Part shown: in pieces, positions 31,954-40,402 of the stretch
Layout: each line of letters starts with the position of its first letter
Position numbering within the stretch: the stretch's first letter is position 1
NCBI GenBank assembly: GCA_035363115.1
Contig: DAOSEM010000006.1
Location: 16,244 to 80,243 of the forward strand
From: Syntrophales bacterium
Lineage (GTDB): Bacteria > Desulfobacterota > Syntrophia > Syntrophales > PHBD01
Direction of reading: 5' to 3'
DNA: 64,000 bases
Notes under the pieces: model-generated
Seen by the model: the letters and a program-made list of their open reading frames with translations, nothing else
What the model was told of the DNA's origin: nothing
Databases searched by the model: none
Made by a program: the position numbers and the translations under genes

Positions 31954-33909
31954 CCCGGCCCGCTCGCCCTCCGGCTGCCTGTCGAGCACATTCCTCAGCC
32001 TGGCGGCAAGCTCATCCATGCAGAAAGGCTTCTGGATCAGGGCCGGCGGGCCGCCCTCCCGGATGTCCGGAGGAAGGTCTCCGGCTCCACAGCCGGTCAT
32101 GAAGAGGACGGACAGTCCGGGCCGGATTTCCTTCATCCTGGCGTACGCCTCCAGGCCGCCCATCCGGGGCATCATGACGTCCATCAGGACGAGATCGATT
32201 CTTTCCTGCTCCCTGCGAAAGACCTCCACCCCCTCCACCCCGTCGGCGGCAACGGTCACCGAGTATCCCAGCAGAACAAGGATCTCCTCCGTGGTCCTCC
32301 GGACATCCTCGTTGTCCTCGACCAGGAGAATGGATTCGCTCCCTGTCTCCGCCGCTGCACGCTGTCCGGAAGCAGGCGCTGTCCCGGCCCCGGCCGGCAT
32401 CGCCGGCAGGAACACCCGGAAGATCGTCCCCCCGCCCGGATTGCTGCGGGCATCGAGGAATCCGCGATGCTGCTTGACAATTCCGTATACGATGGAAAGC
32501 CCGAGGCCCGTTCCACCCTTTTTGGTCGTGAAGAACGGCTCGAAGATCTTCTCCCGGATCTCGACGGGAATTCCGGCGCCCGTATCGGATATCGACAGTA
32601 CGATATAATCCACCGCCTCGGCATCCGGAAAGGGCGCCAGGATCGAGCCGTCCATGGTGAGGGGAAACGTCTCGACGTTGATCGCTCCCCCTTCGGGCAT
32701 GGCGTCCCGGGCGTTCACCAGCAGGTTGAGAAGGACCTGGTTGAACTGGGAAACGTCGATACGGATCCAGAGCGGAGACGGATGAAGGCACATGGAGAGC
32801 TCGATGTTCGTTCCGATCATTCGCTGCGCCATCTGGTGAAACTCCGCCAGGACGGAATGAATGTCCACGGTCTCCAGGTTCAGGGTCTGCTGCCGGCTGA
32901 AGGCAAGCAGAGGTTTTACGAAGCCGGAGGCCCTCCTGACGGCGTTTTCGATGGAGCGGCTGTGCCTCGTCACGGTCGCATCCAGGGGACGGCTCACCCT
33001 CATGAGTTCGGCATCCCCCAGGATAGCCCCAAGAACATTGTTGAAATCATGAGCGATTCCTCCTGCCAGGCGGCCGAGGGTCTCCAGCTTCTGCGACTGG
33101 CGGAGCTGCTGCTCCAGGTCCCTGGCCTCCCGGAGACGGGCCACCATGTTCTTCATGGCCTCCAGGAGCTTGCCCGCCTCATCCCTCCGATCCACCCGGA
33201 TCTCCATGGATAGATCTCCCTCCGCCAGGCGGTCGGCGATGGAAACCCCGTTCCGAATCGGCACGGTGATGCTCCGGGTCATGTGGACACCCGTCCAGAC
33301 GGCGATGACGACGGCGACGACGGCAAATAGGATGAAGGAAGCCCGGATGTCGGCGTGCCGGTCCGCCACAGCCCTGCGCTCCAGGAGCGTCTGCTGTTCC
33401 TGATGGGTGATCAGCTCCCGGCAATGCTGATGGAGGGAAATGAGAAGCGGATGGATGCGCAGCACGAACTCCGTCTGGGCGTCCCGATTCATCCCCATGC
33501 GCTGCATCTTCATGACCCGCTCGCCACCCCGATCCAGGAGTGCCAGCTCTCTCCTGAGCCTGGAGAGAATCTCCCGCCCCCGGTCCGACGTCTCGATCCG
33601 CTCGATCTCCTCCAGGGCATTGCCGGCGGTGGCCCGGGCCGTCAGAAACTGGACGCCCAGCAGGGTCCATCTCCCTCCGTCGCGGACCTGCAGGTAGGTT
33701 GTCAGAACCTCCCGGACGGAATGGATGGAATCGCTGACAACGCTGGCGCACCAGATCTGCCGGTGGTTTTTCTGCACGAACGAATCCATGGTCTCATGGT
33801 CCCGGTTGATGACCCACGCGCTTAGGAGGATGAGCAGGATCAGGATGATGCCGATCAGGCCGAGACCCAGCCCGAGACGCATTCCGATGGGGATGTTTCT
33901 GAGCTTCAC
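31909..33909 (-). CDS. Hybrid sensor histidine kinase/response regulator (TM-4HB-like sensor, HAMP, HisKA, HATPase, REC)
   Basis: GGIAHDFNNVL H-box, DTGAGIP and GTGLGLSIVYG, and a C-terminal REC (ILLVEDNEDV...LVLMDVMMPRMGG). GTG start at 33907-33909. The 3' end overlaps the pit 3' end by 45 nt. Confidence 0.88.
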   Translation of the reverse strand: MKLRNIPIGMRLGLGLGLIGIILILLILLSAWVINRDHETMDSFVQKNHRQIWCASVVSDSIHSVREVLTTYLQVRDGGRWTLLGVQFLTARATAGNALEEIERIETSDRGREILSRLRRELALLDRGGERVMKMQRMGMNRDAQTEFVLRIHPLLISLHQHCRELITHQEQQTLLERRAVADRHADIRASFILFAVVAVVIAVWTGVHMTRSITVPIRNGVSIADRLAEGDLSMEIRVDRRDEAGKLLEAMKNMVARLREARDLEQQLRQSQKLETLGRLAGGIAHDFNNVLGAILGDAELMRVSRPLDATVTRHSRSIENAVRRASGFVKPLLAFSRQQTLNLETVDIHSVLAEFHQMAQRMIGTNIELSMCLHPSPLWIRIDVSQFNQVLLNLLVNARDAMPEGGAINVETFPLTMDGSILAPFPDAEAVDYIVLSISDTGAGIPVEIREKIFEPFFTTKKGGTGLGLSIVYGIVKQHRGFLDARSNPGGGTIFRVFLPAMPAGAGTAPASGQRAAAETGSESILLVEDNEDVRRTTEEILVLLGYSVTVAADGVEGVEVFRREQERIDLVLMDVMMPRMGGLEAYARMKEIRPGLSVLFMTGCGAGDLPPDIREGGPPALIQKPFCMDELAARLRNVLDRQPEGERAGLFEDRRQQEVQAGG

Positions 33910-33980
33910 AAGACATTCCTCGGGGGAGATTTCAGGATGAGATCGAAGAGAAGGATCGGGGTTGCTCCACCCGCCCGCCT

Positions 33981-35039
33981 TTACCGTCTACGCTTCAGCA
34001 GGGGGATTCCCTTCCAGGTGATTTTCCGGAGGTCCGCCTCGGCCTGGATCACGGCCGCCCCGGGCAGGGGGACATATTGAAGCTCCTCCGCATACTTCTG
34101 CCCTTCATGGGTCACCCAGTAAAGCAGGTTTACCAGCTCCTCGGCGTCTTTCCGTTTCTTCCCGGCCGGGTGGGACTGGTCCCGGAAGACCATGAGCCAG
34201 GTATATCCGACGACGGGATAGCCCTCCCGGGACGGGGTGTCCGTCAGCGACCGGCTGCCGTTGGAGCTTTTCGCCGCCTCGGCGGCCAGGGAGATGCTTG
34301 CCATGGTCGGTGCGACAAACCGGCCGGACCGGTTCGCCAGGTGCCCGATGGTCATGCTGTTGGCCATCGCGTAGATCAGCTCGACGTAACCGATGGAGCC
34401 GGACACCTCCCTCACCAGGCCGGCGACGCCGGCGTTGCCGCCGGTGCCGCGCCCGACGGGCCAGCGGAGGATTTTTCCGGTGCCCATGGCCGCTCGCCAG
34501 GCCGTGTCGACTTTCGACAGGTATTCGCTCAGGATGTACGTCGTCCCGCTCTCATCCGACCGGTGGATCACCTGGATCGGCAGATTCGGAAGAGGAACGT
34601 TCGGGTTGAGGGCCGCAATCCCCGGGTCGTTCCAGGCGGTGATACGACCGAGAAAGATGCCCGACAGAACCTGCGCTGTAAACCGGAGCTGCGGATTCCC
34701 CGGAAGGTTGTAGACGACGGCCACGGCGCCGATGCAGGTCGGAATCCGGACGAACTTTTCTCCGGATATCCCCTCCTCCCCGGAGGAGGCGATGTCGGTA
34801 CCGGCGAAATCCACATCCCGGGCCAGGAGCTTCCGGACGCCCTTGCCGGAACCGGTTCCCTGATAGAGAATTTCAACCCCCGTCTGGAGTTGGTACTGCT
34901 CGAAAATCTTCAGGTAGAACGGCAGGGGGAACGTTGCGCCCGCACCCTTGAGCGTTACGGAGGCGCCGGAGACGCTTCCCGGAGAGAGGAGCGCAAAGGC
35001 CAAAAGGAGCAGGATTCCGCACACGCTTCGACGGTTCAT
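33981..35039 (-). CDS. pstS: Phosphate ABC transporter substrate-binding protein (PstS paralog)
   Basis: The internal ATG at 35037-35039 gives the signal peptide MNRRSVCGILLLLAFALLSPGSVSG. This is followed by VTLKGAGATFPLPFY and GTGSGKGV. Confidence 0.88.
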   Translation of the reverse strand: MNRRSVCGILLLLAFALLSPGSVSGASVTLKGAGATFPLPFYLKIFEQYQLQTGVEILYQGTGSGKGVRKLLARDVDFAGTDIASSGEEGISGEKFVRIPTCIGAVAVVYNLPGNPQLRFTAQVLSGIFLGRITAWNDPGIAALNPNVPLPNLPIQVIHRSDESGTTYILSEYLSKVDTAWRAAMGTGKILRWPVGRGTGGNAGVAGLVREVSGSIGYVELIYAMANSMTIGHLANRSGRFVAPTMASISLAAEAAKSSNGSRSLTDTPSREGYPVVGYTWLMVFRDQSHPAGKKRKDAEELVNLLYWVTHEGQKYAEELQYVPLPGAAVIQAEADLRKITWKGIPLLKRRR

Positions 35040-35066
35040 GAAAGGGCCTCCCGATTTGTCCTTACC

Positions 35067-35110
35067 GAATACCAGAGGATTGTGACCTCCAGGAGACACT
35101 GCTGTGAACG
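35067..35110 (-). promoter_or_regulatory. Weaker candidate Pho box upstream of the PstS paralog
   Basis: The minus strand reads CGTTCAC agca GTGTCTC ctgg AGGTCAC aatcctct GGTATTC. Three 5/7 matches to CTGTCAC lie on an 11-bp register in the 73-bp gap. Confidence 0.4.
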
Positions 35111-35112
35111 TT

Positions 35113-36102
35113 TCATGAATCCGCTTCCCTTTTGAGGATGTGACCGATGACGGCCTTCTCGACTTCTCTCCAGGCATTCCGTCCCATGGCCGCCTCGTCG
35201 ATGACGAGATGATGGGACGTCGCAGCCGCCACGTTCCCGTCTTTCGCGACGGCGAGAACGCGCCAGCGGCTGAGCCCCCTGACGGTCATGAATTCCCGGA
35301 TCTTTTCCGTGGAGATGAACTCATCCCCCGGGTCGATCAGGACCAGGGTCGGGACGTTCAACCTGGGGCCGGCGCCAGCTTCCACGCGCCCGATCGCCTC
35401 GAAGAGAGCCCTGTAGGCGGCCATGGGAGTGCCGTCGTTTGCCCGGTACCACCGGGGAGACAGGCTGTCGATGACCAGGCTTGGAAAGGGGGTCAGGAAT
35501 TTCAGGAGGTGGGCCTCGATCTTGACGGACAGTGCGGGAGCGAAGAGAACCATCCGCCGGACGTCCGAACCGGCATTCGTCAGGACGAGATCGCAGCCCA
35601 GGAGGCCGCCGAGGGAATAACCGACCAGGAAGAGGGGAACCCTGTTCCGGTCGGCCCGGATCCCCGCCTTCCGGCAGGCGTTCATGACCTCCCGCTGCCA
35701 GACCGGGTATGAAACGGTGCGGAAGGTTTCCAGGCGGGCCGCCTCCGCGGTCAGGCCGCCGGAGGGTTCATAATTGTCGCCGTGTCCGGAGAGCGAAACG
35801 TTCAGGACGTCGATGCCGGCGCGATTCAGGGCCGCAATAATGTATCCCATGCGCTCCGGCTTCAGGTTGAGGCCGTGGATGACGACGGCGACGCCCCTTC
35901 GTTTCACGAAGCGCTCTTTCAGAAACCAGCCGGAGGAACGATCCCGATCGTCCTGCGCCTGCTGCGTATCCGGAGGGGTCATCCGCCCGGGAAGTCGGTC
36001 GTGGGACGGTTCCCGGCAGAAAACGAACACGGAGACAAGTACGAGAACGACGGCCGCCGCCGGGAGAATGCACAACGATGCGCGCACACCGGACTCCCTC
36101 AT
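35113..36102 (-). CDS. Membrane-anchored alpha/beta hydrolase (lysophospholipase/monoacylglycerol-lipase-like)
   Basis: N-terminal TM helix, HGLN oxyanion region and the nucleophile elbow VGYSLGG. The ATG overlaps the upstream stop (ATGA). Confidence 0.8.
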   Translation of the reverse strand: MRESGVRASLCILPAAAVVLVLVSVFVFCREPSHDRLPGRMTPPDTQQAQDDRDRSSGWFLKERFVKRRGVAVVIHGLNLKPERMGYIIAALNRAGIDVLNVSLSGHGDNYEPSGGLTAEAARLETFRTVSYPVWQREVMNACRKAGIRADRNRVPLFLVGYSLGGLLGCDLVLTNAGSDVRRMVLFAPALSVKIEAHLLKFLTPFPSLVIDSLSPRWYRANDGTPMAAYRALFEAIGRVEAGAGPRLNVPTLVLIDPGDEFISTEKIREFMTVRGLSRWRVLAVAKDGNVAAATSHHLVIDEAAMGRNAWREVEKAVIGHILKREADS

Positions 36103-36872
36103 CGGGTGGAAAAGAAGATATCGCCGATGTGCCCCTCCGCCTCACTGCCGGTCTTGTGGGTGTTGATGAACAGAAGAATCCCTTCCGCGGGCGGCGGCTC
36201 GCCGAGTCCCAGGTCACGGTACAGCGCCGACGCATCCTTCAGGACGTCCCGCTTTTCCGTCACCCGGGCTCCGAGCGGGTCCGTCCGGTTGCGCAGGACG
36301 ATGTACCGGACCCGCTTCATCGACGGCTGGGGGCTGGATGTCACGAGGCCCTTCGGCGCCTGGTTCTCCCACACATAGGCGAGGGCGGTCCTGGAAAGCC
36401 GCCCGTTGAGACCTCTCCCCGGGAAAACGACATACAACTGAAGGGCCTGGTCGTCCGTCTCGCGGTGCCGGACATCCCCACCCCGGGGAAGGCGGGTGGC
36501 CATCCAGGTCCATTGCAGGCAGGGAAATTCCCGGAGGTCGACGTTGATTTTCTTCCGGATGCCCCAGGCCATGTCGCCCCGGCTCGCCAGGCGCAGCCGG
36601 AATCGTCCGCCCTGCTCTTCCAGGACCGGCTCCGGCTCTCCCCGGTAACGCTGGACCTGCCAGCCCGCGGGGACCCCCCTCGGCCCGGCCGGATCCGGAA
36701 CCATCCGGATTTCCAGCTTCTGCGTTTCCCGGGAGTCCCGCGGCGGCCCGGCCGATGCAGGCTCCCATCGGGAAACAAGCAGGACGACAGCAGCCACGGA
36801 AGCCCAGAAGACCAGCCCGGACGGGCTTCTCCGCAGTCGCTCCCGGAGTCCGAGGCGCGGGGTCAAGATCAT
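36099..36872 (-). CDS. DUF3047-like exported protein of unknown function
   Basis: 257 aa with a signal/TM segment. DDQALQLYVVFPG...ALAYVWEN resembles DUF3047; the family call is from memory and has low certainty. ATGA overlaps at both ends. Confidence 0.65.
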   Translation of the reverse strand: MILTPRLGLRERLRRSPSGLVFWASVAAVVLLVSRWEPASAGPPRDSRETQKLEIRMVPDPAGPRGVPAGWQVQRYRGEPEPVLEEQGGRFRLRLASRGDMAWGIRKKINVDLREFPCLQWTWMATRLPRGGDVRHRETDDQALQLYVVFPGRGLNGRLSRTALAYVWENQAPKGLVTSSPQPSMKRVRYIVLRNRTDPLGARVTEKRDVLKDASALYRDLGLGEPPPAEGILLFINTHKTGSEAEGHIGDIFFSTR

Positions 36873-38746
36873 CCCGCCTCTCGGCCTCCGTATCCCTCAT
36901 AGTGCAGGGTGTCCGCGCCGCCGTAGATCCGCTGTTCGAAGAGGAATCCGCTCCGGCCGGCCTCGCGGGTCATCTCCTTCACCTTCTTCTTCAGGGACGC
37001 CGCCACGACGGAAAACAGGGCCGGGTGCGGATCCACCCAGACGCGCCGGCTGTCGACGATGGCAATGCTGATCGTCGACAGGGGCGCCTGGAAGGAGTTC
37101 CCCTGCCGGTCCCGGATGTCCATGTATCCCTGCCGGACATGCTCCTCCCGGAACAGCGCCATCTTCTCCCGGTCGAAGGCCTCGCACATCCTCCGAACCG
37201 CGTCGTCATCCACAATCCCGGGACACACAATGACGAAATCGTCTCCGCCGATGTGCCCGAGCCGGGAACCAGCCGGAAGCGACGGGAGGCTTTCCGAGAG
37301 GACCTTCGCGGTCAGGCGCAGCATTTCGTCGCCCATGAGAAAGCCGTATACATCGTTGAATCCCTTGAAGTTGTCCAGATCGGCGTACAGGATGGAGTAG
37401 GCCGGCAAGAGCAGGGCGTCGTGGATCCAGTTGCGGATCATTTCGTTCCCGGGGAGGTTCGTCAGGGGATTCGCCCCCATGGCGCAGCGGACTTCCAGCT
37501 CGACGGCCTTCGTGATGATCTGCTTCATGGTGACGCTGCCCACGAATCGCTGGTTGCGGTCCACCACCAGCACCGGGTCGTAGAGATCCTCCTGGAAGCG
37601 GTCCATGGCCAGCTTGGCCAGGGTGGTCACGGTGATCCGGTCCTCCACCACCAGGGGGTTCCGCTTACAGACTGTTTCGACGGGCTTCTTCTGGAAGAGC
37701 TGGTAGCCGAAGGCCCCTCCCGTCTGGATGTAGAAGTGCTGCCGGGTGACGAGCCCGCCGATTTCCTCCCCGTCGAGGACCACCACGTGATCCAGGTGAA
37801 GGGAATTCTTGAACATGCCGTCCATCGCCCGGCAGTCGACCGTTCGTTTCGCTATCGTCATCGGCCGGATGACGAGGCTGCCGATCACCTCGTCCAGGTC
37901 CACTTTCGCGGAGTCGTAACGCTTGACCAGGGAGGCGATGGTCCTCTTCATTTCCTCCGTGGGTAGATACGGCTCCGCTTCGGGCAGGCCGAAGAGAAAC
38001 CCCTGGGCATAGCGGACGCCGAATTTCAGGAGGACGTCCAGCTCCTCCCACGACTCGACCCCCTCGGCGATGAGCTTGGCGTTTACGCTGCTGGCAAAGG
38101 ACGCCATCGATTTCAGAAGCTTCTGCTTGTAGTCGTGGAGGTGGACGTCCCGGACGATGGCCATGTCCAGCTTGAGATAATGGGGTGTCGAGGCGACCAG
38201 GGAGATCAGCCCCGAATAGCCGGAGCCGAAGTCATCCAGGGAAATCCGGAAGCCCTGGTTCACATAGTGCCGGATCAGACCGGCAAAGTGCTCGACGTCC
38301 GCAAAGGCCTTCTCTTCGGTGATCTCGATGACGATCTGCCCCTGGTCGAGGCCGTACTCGCTCAGCCGGACCTGGGTGAAGCGTTCGAGGAAGCGGGGAT
38401 CGCTGAAGATGTCCGGGCTCACGTTGATGAAATAGACGGCGGAGCGATAATCCTCCGGCAGGGCAGCGATCTTTTCCAGGGCGGCGATCCGGCAGGCCCT
38501 CTCCATTTCCCAGGTGCAGCCCCTTTTTGCGGCCTCGCCGAACATGGATCCGGGGCTGGCAAAGGGGGGATTTCCCCGGGACAGGACCTCAAACCCCAGG
38601 ACGCTTCCCGTCAGGAGGTCGAGGAGGGGATGAAAGTGGGGACGGGGGGCGACGCGGCCGATGAATTCGGCGATCCGGCTCTCGTCCGGCGACTCCAGGG
38701 TATTCCCGCGCCGGACATGCCGGCGGACGCTTGTCATGGATTCCAT
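36869..38746 (-). CDS. c-di-GMP turnover protein in the unusual order EAL - tandem CBS - GGDEF (GGDDF variant)
   Basis: EAL region: GFEVLSRG...YFINVS...IEITE...DDFGSGYS...KLD. It is followed by CBS-like repeats and RLGHIGGDDFVIV. I prefer the ATG at 38744-38746 (MESMTS, with GAGGGAAA upstream) over the track start at 38818. Confidence 0.82.
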   Translation of the reverse strand: MESMTSVRRHVRRGNTLESPDESRIAEFIGRVAPRPHFHPLLDLLTGSVLGFEVLSRGNPPFASPGSMFGEAAKRGCTWEMERACRIAALEKIAALPEDYRSAVYFINVSPDIFSDPRFLERFTQVRLSEYGLDQGQIVIEITEEKAFADVEHFAGLIRHYVNQGFRISLDDFGSGYSGLISLVASTPHYLKLDMAIVRDVHLHDYKQKLLKSMASFASSVNAKLIAEGVESWEELDVLLKFGVRYAQGFLFGLPEAEPYLPTEEMKRTIASLVKRYDSAKVDLDEVIGSLVIRPMTIAKRTVDCRAMDGMFKNSLHLDHVVVLDGEEIGGLVTRQHFYIQTGGAFGYQLFQKKPVETVCKRNPLVVEDRITVTTLAKLAMDRFQEDLYDPVLVVDRNQRFVGSVTMKQIITKAVELEVRCAMGANPLTNLPGNEMIRNWIHDALLLPAYSILYADLDNFKGFNDVYGFLMGDEMLRLTAKVLSESLPSLPAGSRLGHIGGDDFVIVCPGIVDDDAVRRMCEAFDREKMALFREEHVRQGYMDIRDRQGNSFQAPLSTISIAIVDSRRVWVDPHPALFSVVAASLKKKVKEMTREAGRSGFLFEQRIYGGADTLHYEGYGGREAG

Positions 38747-38840
38747 TTTCCCTCGTCTTGCCTTTCCCGGATCCCGGATCCGGAGGCGGAACCGCCGGAT
38801 GCACATGGAACGGCGCATCCGTTCCCGCCGGGGATGCGAT

Positions 38841-39899
38841 TCAGATTCGATCCTTCAGCACATGGATAGAGATATGGGAGGCCGTCACGCTGCTCCGGCC
38901 CGTGAGAACCATCAGGACCGTCCAGAGGGCCTGCAGGAAGAGAATCATCGACGGCTGCCAGAGCGCTTCCAGCCCCGCCAGGATGTCCGCCCGGCCGGGT
39001 GGGGCTTCGGCGGCGAACAGAAACGCCAGGCACAGGCCATAGCAGACACCGGCGAGGGCCATGACCTGGTAGGCGGAAAAGGATTGTCCGCCCCGGTAAT
39101 CGGCCCGCAGGAACTCGGACAGGACCCGCCAGACCTGGGTGACCGACAGGGTCAGGAGGAACGCGGCGGTCCCGTGCCCGTCCAGGAAAAGGAGGATCCC
39201 GATGAGTCCCGCCGTCGTGTACAGCAGGGACGTCATTCCCTGGACGGGGACCACGGGGCATCCCTCGAGCCCGTGTGCATAGGCGATCTTCTTCGTCTCC
39301 CCCCGGAATGTGAAACGGAAAGGCCCGAGGATCTTCCGGACAAGGGGAGGAACGTCGGAGAGCGGCCTCCCATAGCAGCAGCCGAAACTGATGCAGGCCA
39401 GCCGGCCGATTCCTTCTCCCAGGGCATAGGAGATCGACATCGCCGCGAGAACCGCCATGACGTCGACCGGCCGGCCCAGCAGGCGCTCCGATCCGGCGCC
39501 GGCCATGAGGACGACCCAGGGCGCGGCCAGCATCCCGACAAAGGAAGCGCCGCCCACGGTGAAGGTATGCCGCTTGCCTTCGACCCATGTCGCAATCATG
39601 CGCGATGCGGGCACGCACACGATCAGGACGGCCAGGACCATGCAGACGGTCAGCGGTGGTGTCACCCCCACGGAGGCCATCAGGACCAGCATGACCGCCA
39701 CGGCGAGGACGTACGCCGTCGCCGTGAAGAATCCGTACCAGGTCAGGTTCAGGCCGCTCCAGCGGCCGTCGGCCATCCGGTTCCCGGGGATGCAGGCGGC
39801 GATCTGCCAGGTTTCCGCGGGAAGCTTCCGGAAGCCCCAGAACAGGAGGGAATAGAGCGCACCTCCCAGGCCGAGGACAAAGACCGTGTTGCCGTTCAT
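38841..39899 (-). CDS. Lgt-family (prolipoprotein diacylglyceryl transferase-like) polytopic membrane protein
   Basis: The internal ATG at 39897-39899 (MNGNTVFVLGLGG) overlaps the DksA-like stop (ATGA). There are about 8 TM helices. GIGRLACISFGCCYGRP resembles the GR(I/L)G...GCCYG motif of Lgt-family proteins. The upstream 207 codons of the track ORF are read-through. Confidence 0.65.
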   Translation of the reverse strand: MNGNTVFVLGLGGALYSLLFWGFRKLPAETWQIAACIPGNRMADGRWSGLNLTWYGFFTATAYVLAVAVMLVLMASVGVTPPLTVCMVLAVLIVCVPASRMIATWVEGKRHTFTVGGASFVGMLAAPWVVLMAGAGSERLLGRPVDVMAVLAAMSISYALGEGIGRLACISFGCCYGRPLSDVPPLVRKILGPFRFTFRGETKKIAYAHGLEGCPVVPVQGMTSLLYTTAGLIGILLFLDGHGTAAFLLTLSVTQVWRVLSEFLRADYRGGQSFSAYQVMALAGVCYGLCLAFLFAAEAPPGRADILAGLEALWQPSMILFLQALWTVLMVLTGRSSVTASHISIHVLKDRI

Positions 39900-40402
39900 C
39901 CCGCGTTCCCCCCCAGGCCACTGCGATCTTTGGCCCTCCCCGGGCCTCCCGGGCCCGGTTTGCCCGTCTCCGGCATTCCCTCCCCGCGGGGGACCCGACG
40001 GGAGTCGGATGCCGTACGCGACCGGGACAAAATCCGCGAAGAATCCCCGTTCGATCCGATGTGCAATTCCGCGAGTTCCTGGCATTCCCGGCAAAGACGC
40101 GTCGTCGGTTCGGCAAGCAGCCTTCTCTCCGTAATGGTCGACCCGCAGATGACGCAGGTGCCGAAAAGCCCCTGGTCCATCCGCCGGATGGTTTCCTGGA
40201 TCTCCTGAATCGCGTTCCATTCCCTTCCGCGAATGGTCAACTCCACCTGGCGGTCGTGTTCGAGGGCCGCATGATCGATCGGGTCGGCACTGTGTACACC
40301 GTTGTTCTTCATGTCGGAGACGGTGCGGCTGGCGGTTCCCTGGAGCCTGTCCAGCCTGGCAAGCAACTGATTCCTGATCTGCTTGATCCGGGAAGCATTC
40401 AT
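39896..40402 (-). CDS. DksA/TraR-family C4 zinc-finger protein with G/P/R-rich C-terminal tail
   Basis: The acidic tip DPIDHA fits DxxDxA. The zinc finger is CVICGSTI...LCRECQ. There are ATGA overlaps at both ends. Confidence 0.8.
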   Translation of the reverse strand: MNASRIKQIRNQLLARLDRLQGTASRTVSDMKNNGVHSADPIDHAALEHDRQVELTIRGREWNAIQEIQETIRRMDQGLFGTCVICGSTITERRLLAEPTTRLCRECQELAELHIGSNGDSSRILSRSRTASDSRRVPRGEGMPETGKPGPGGPGRAKDRSGLGGNAG

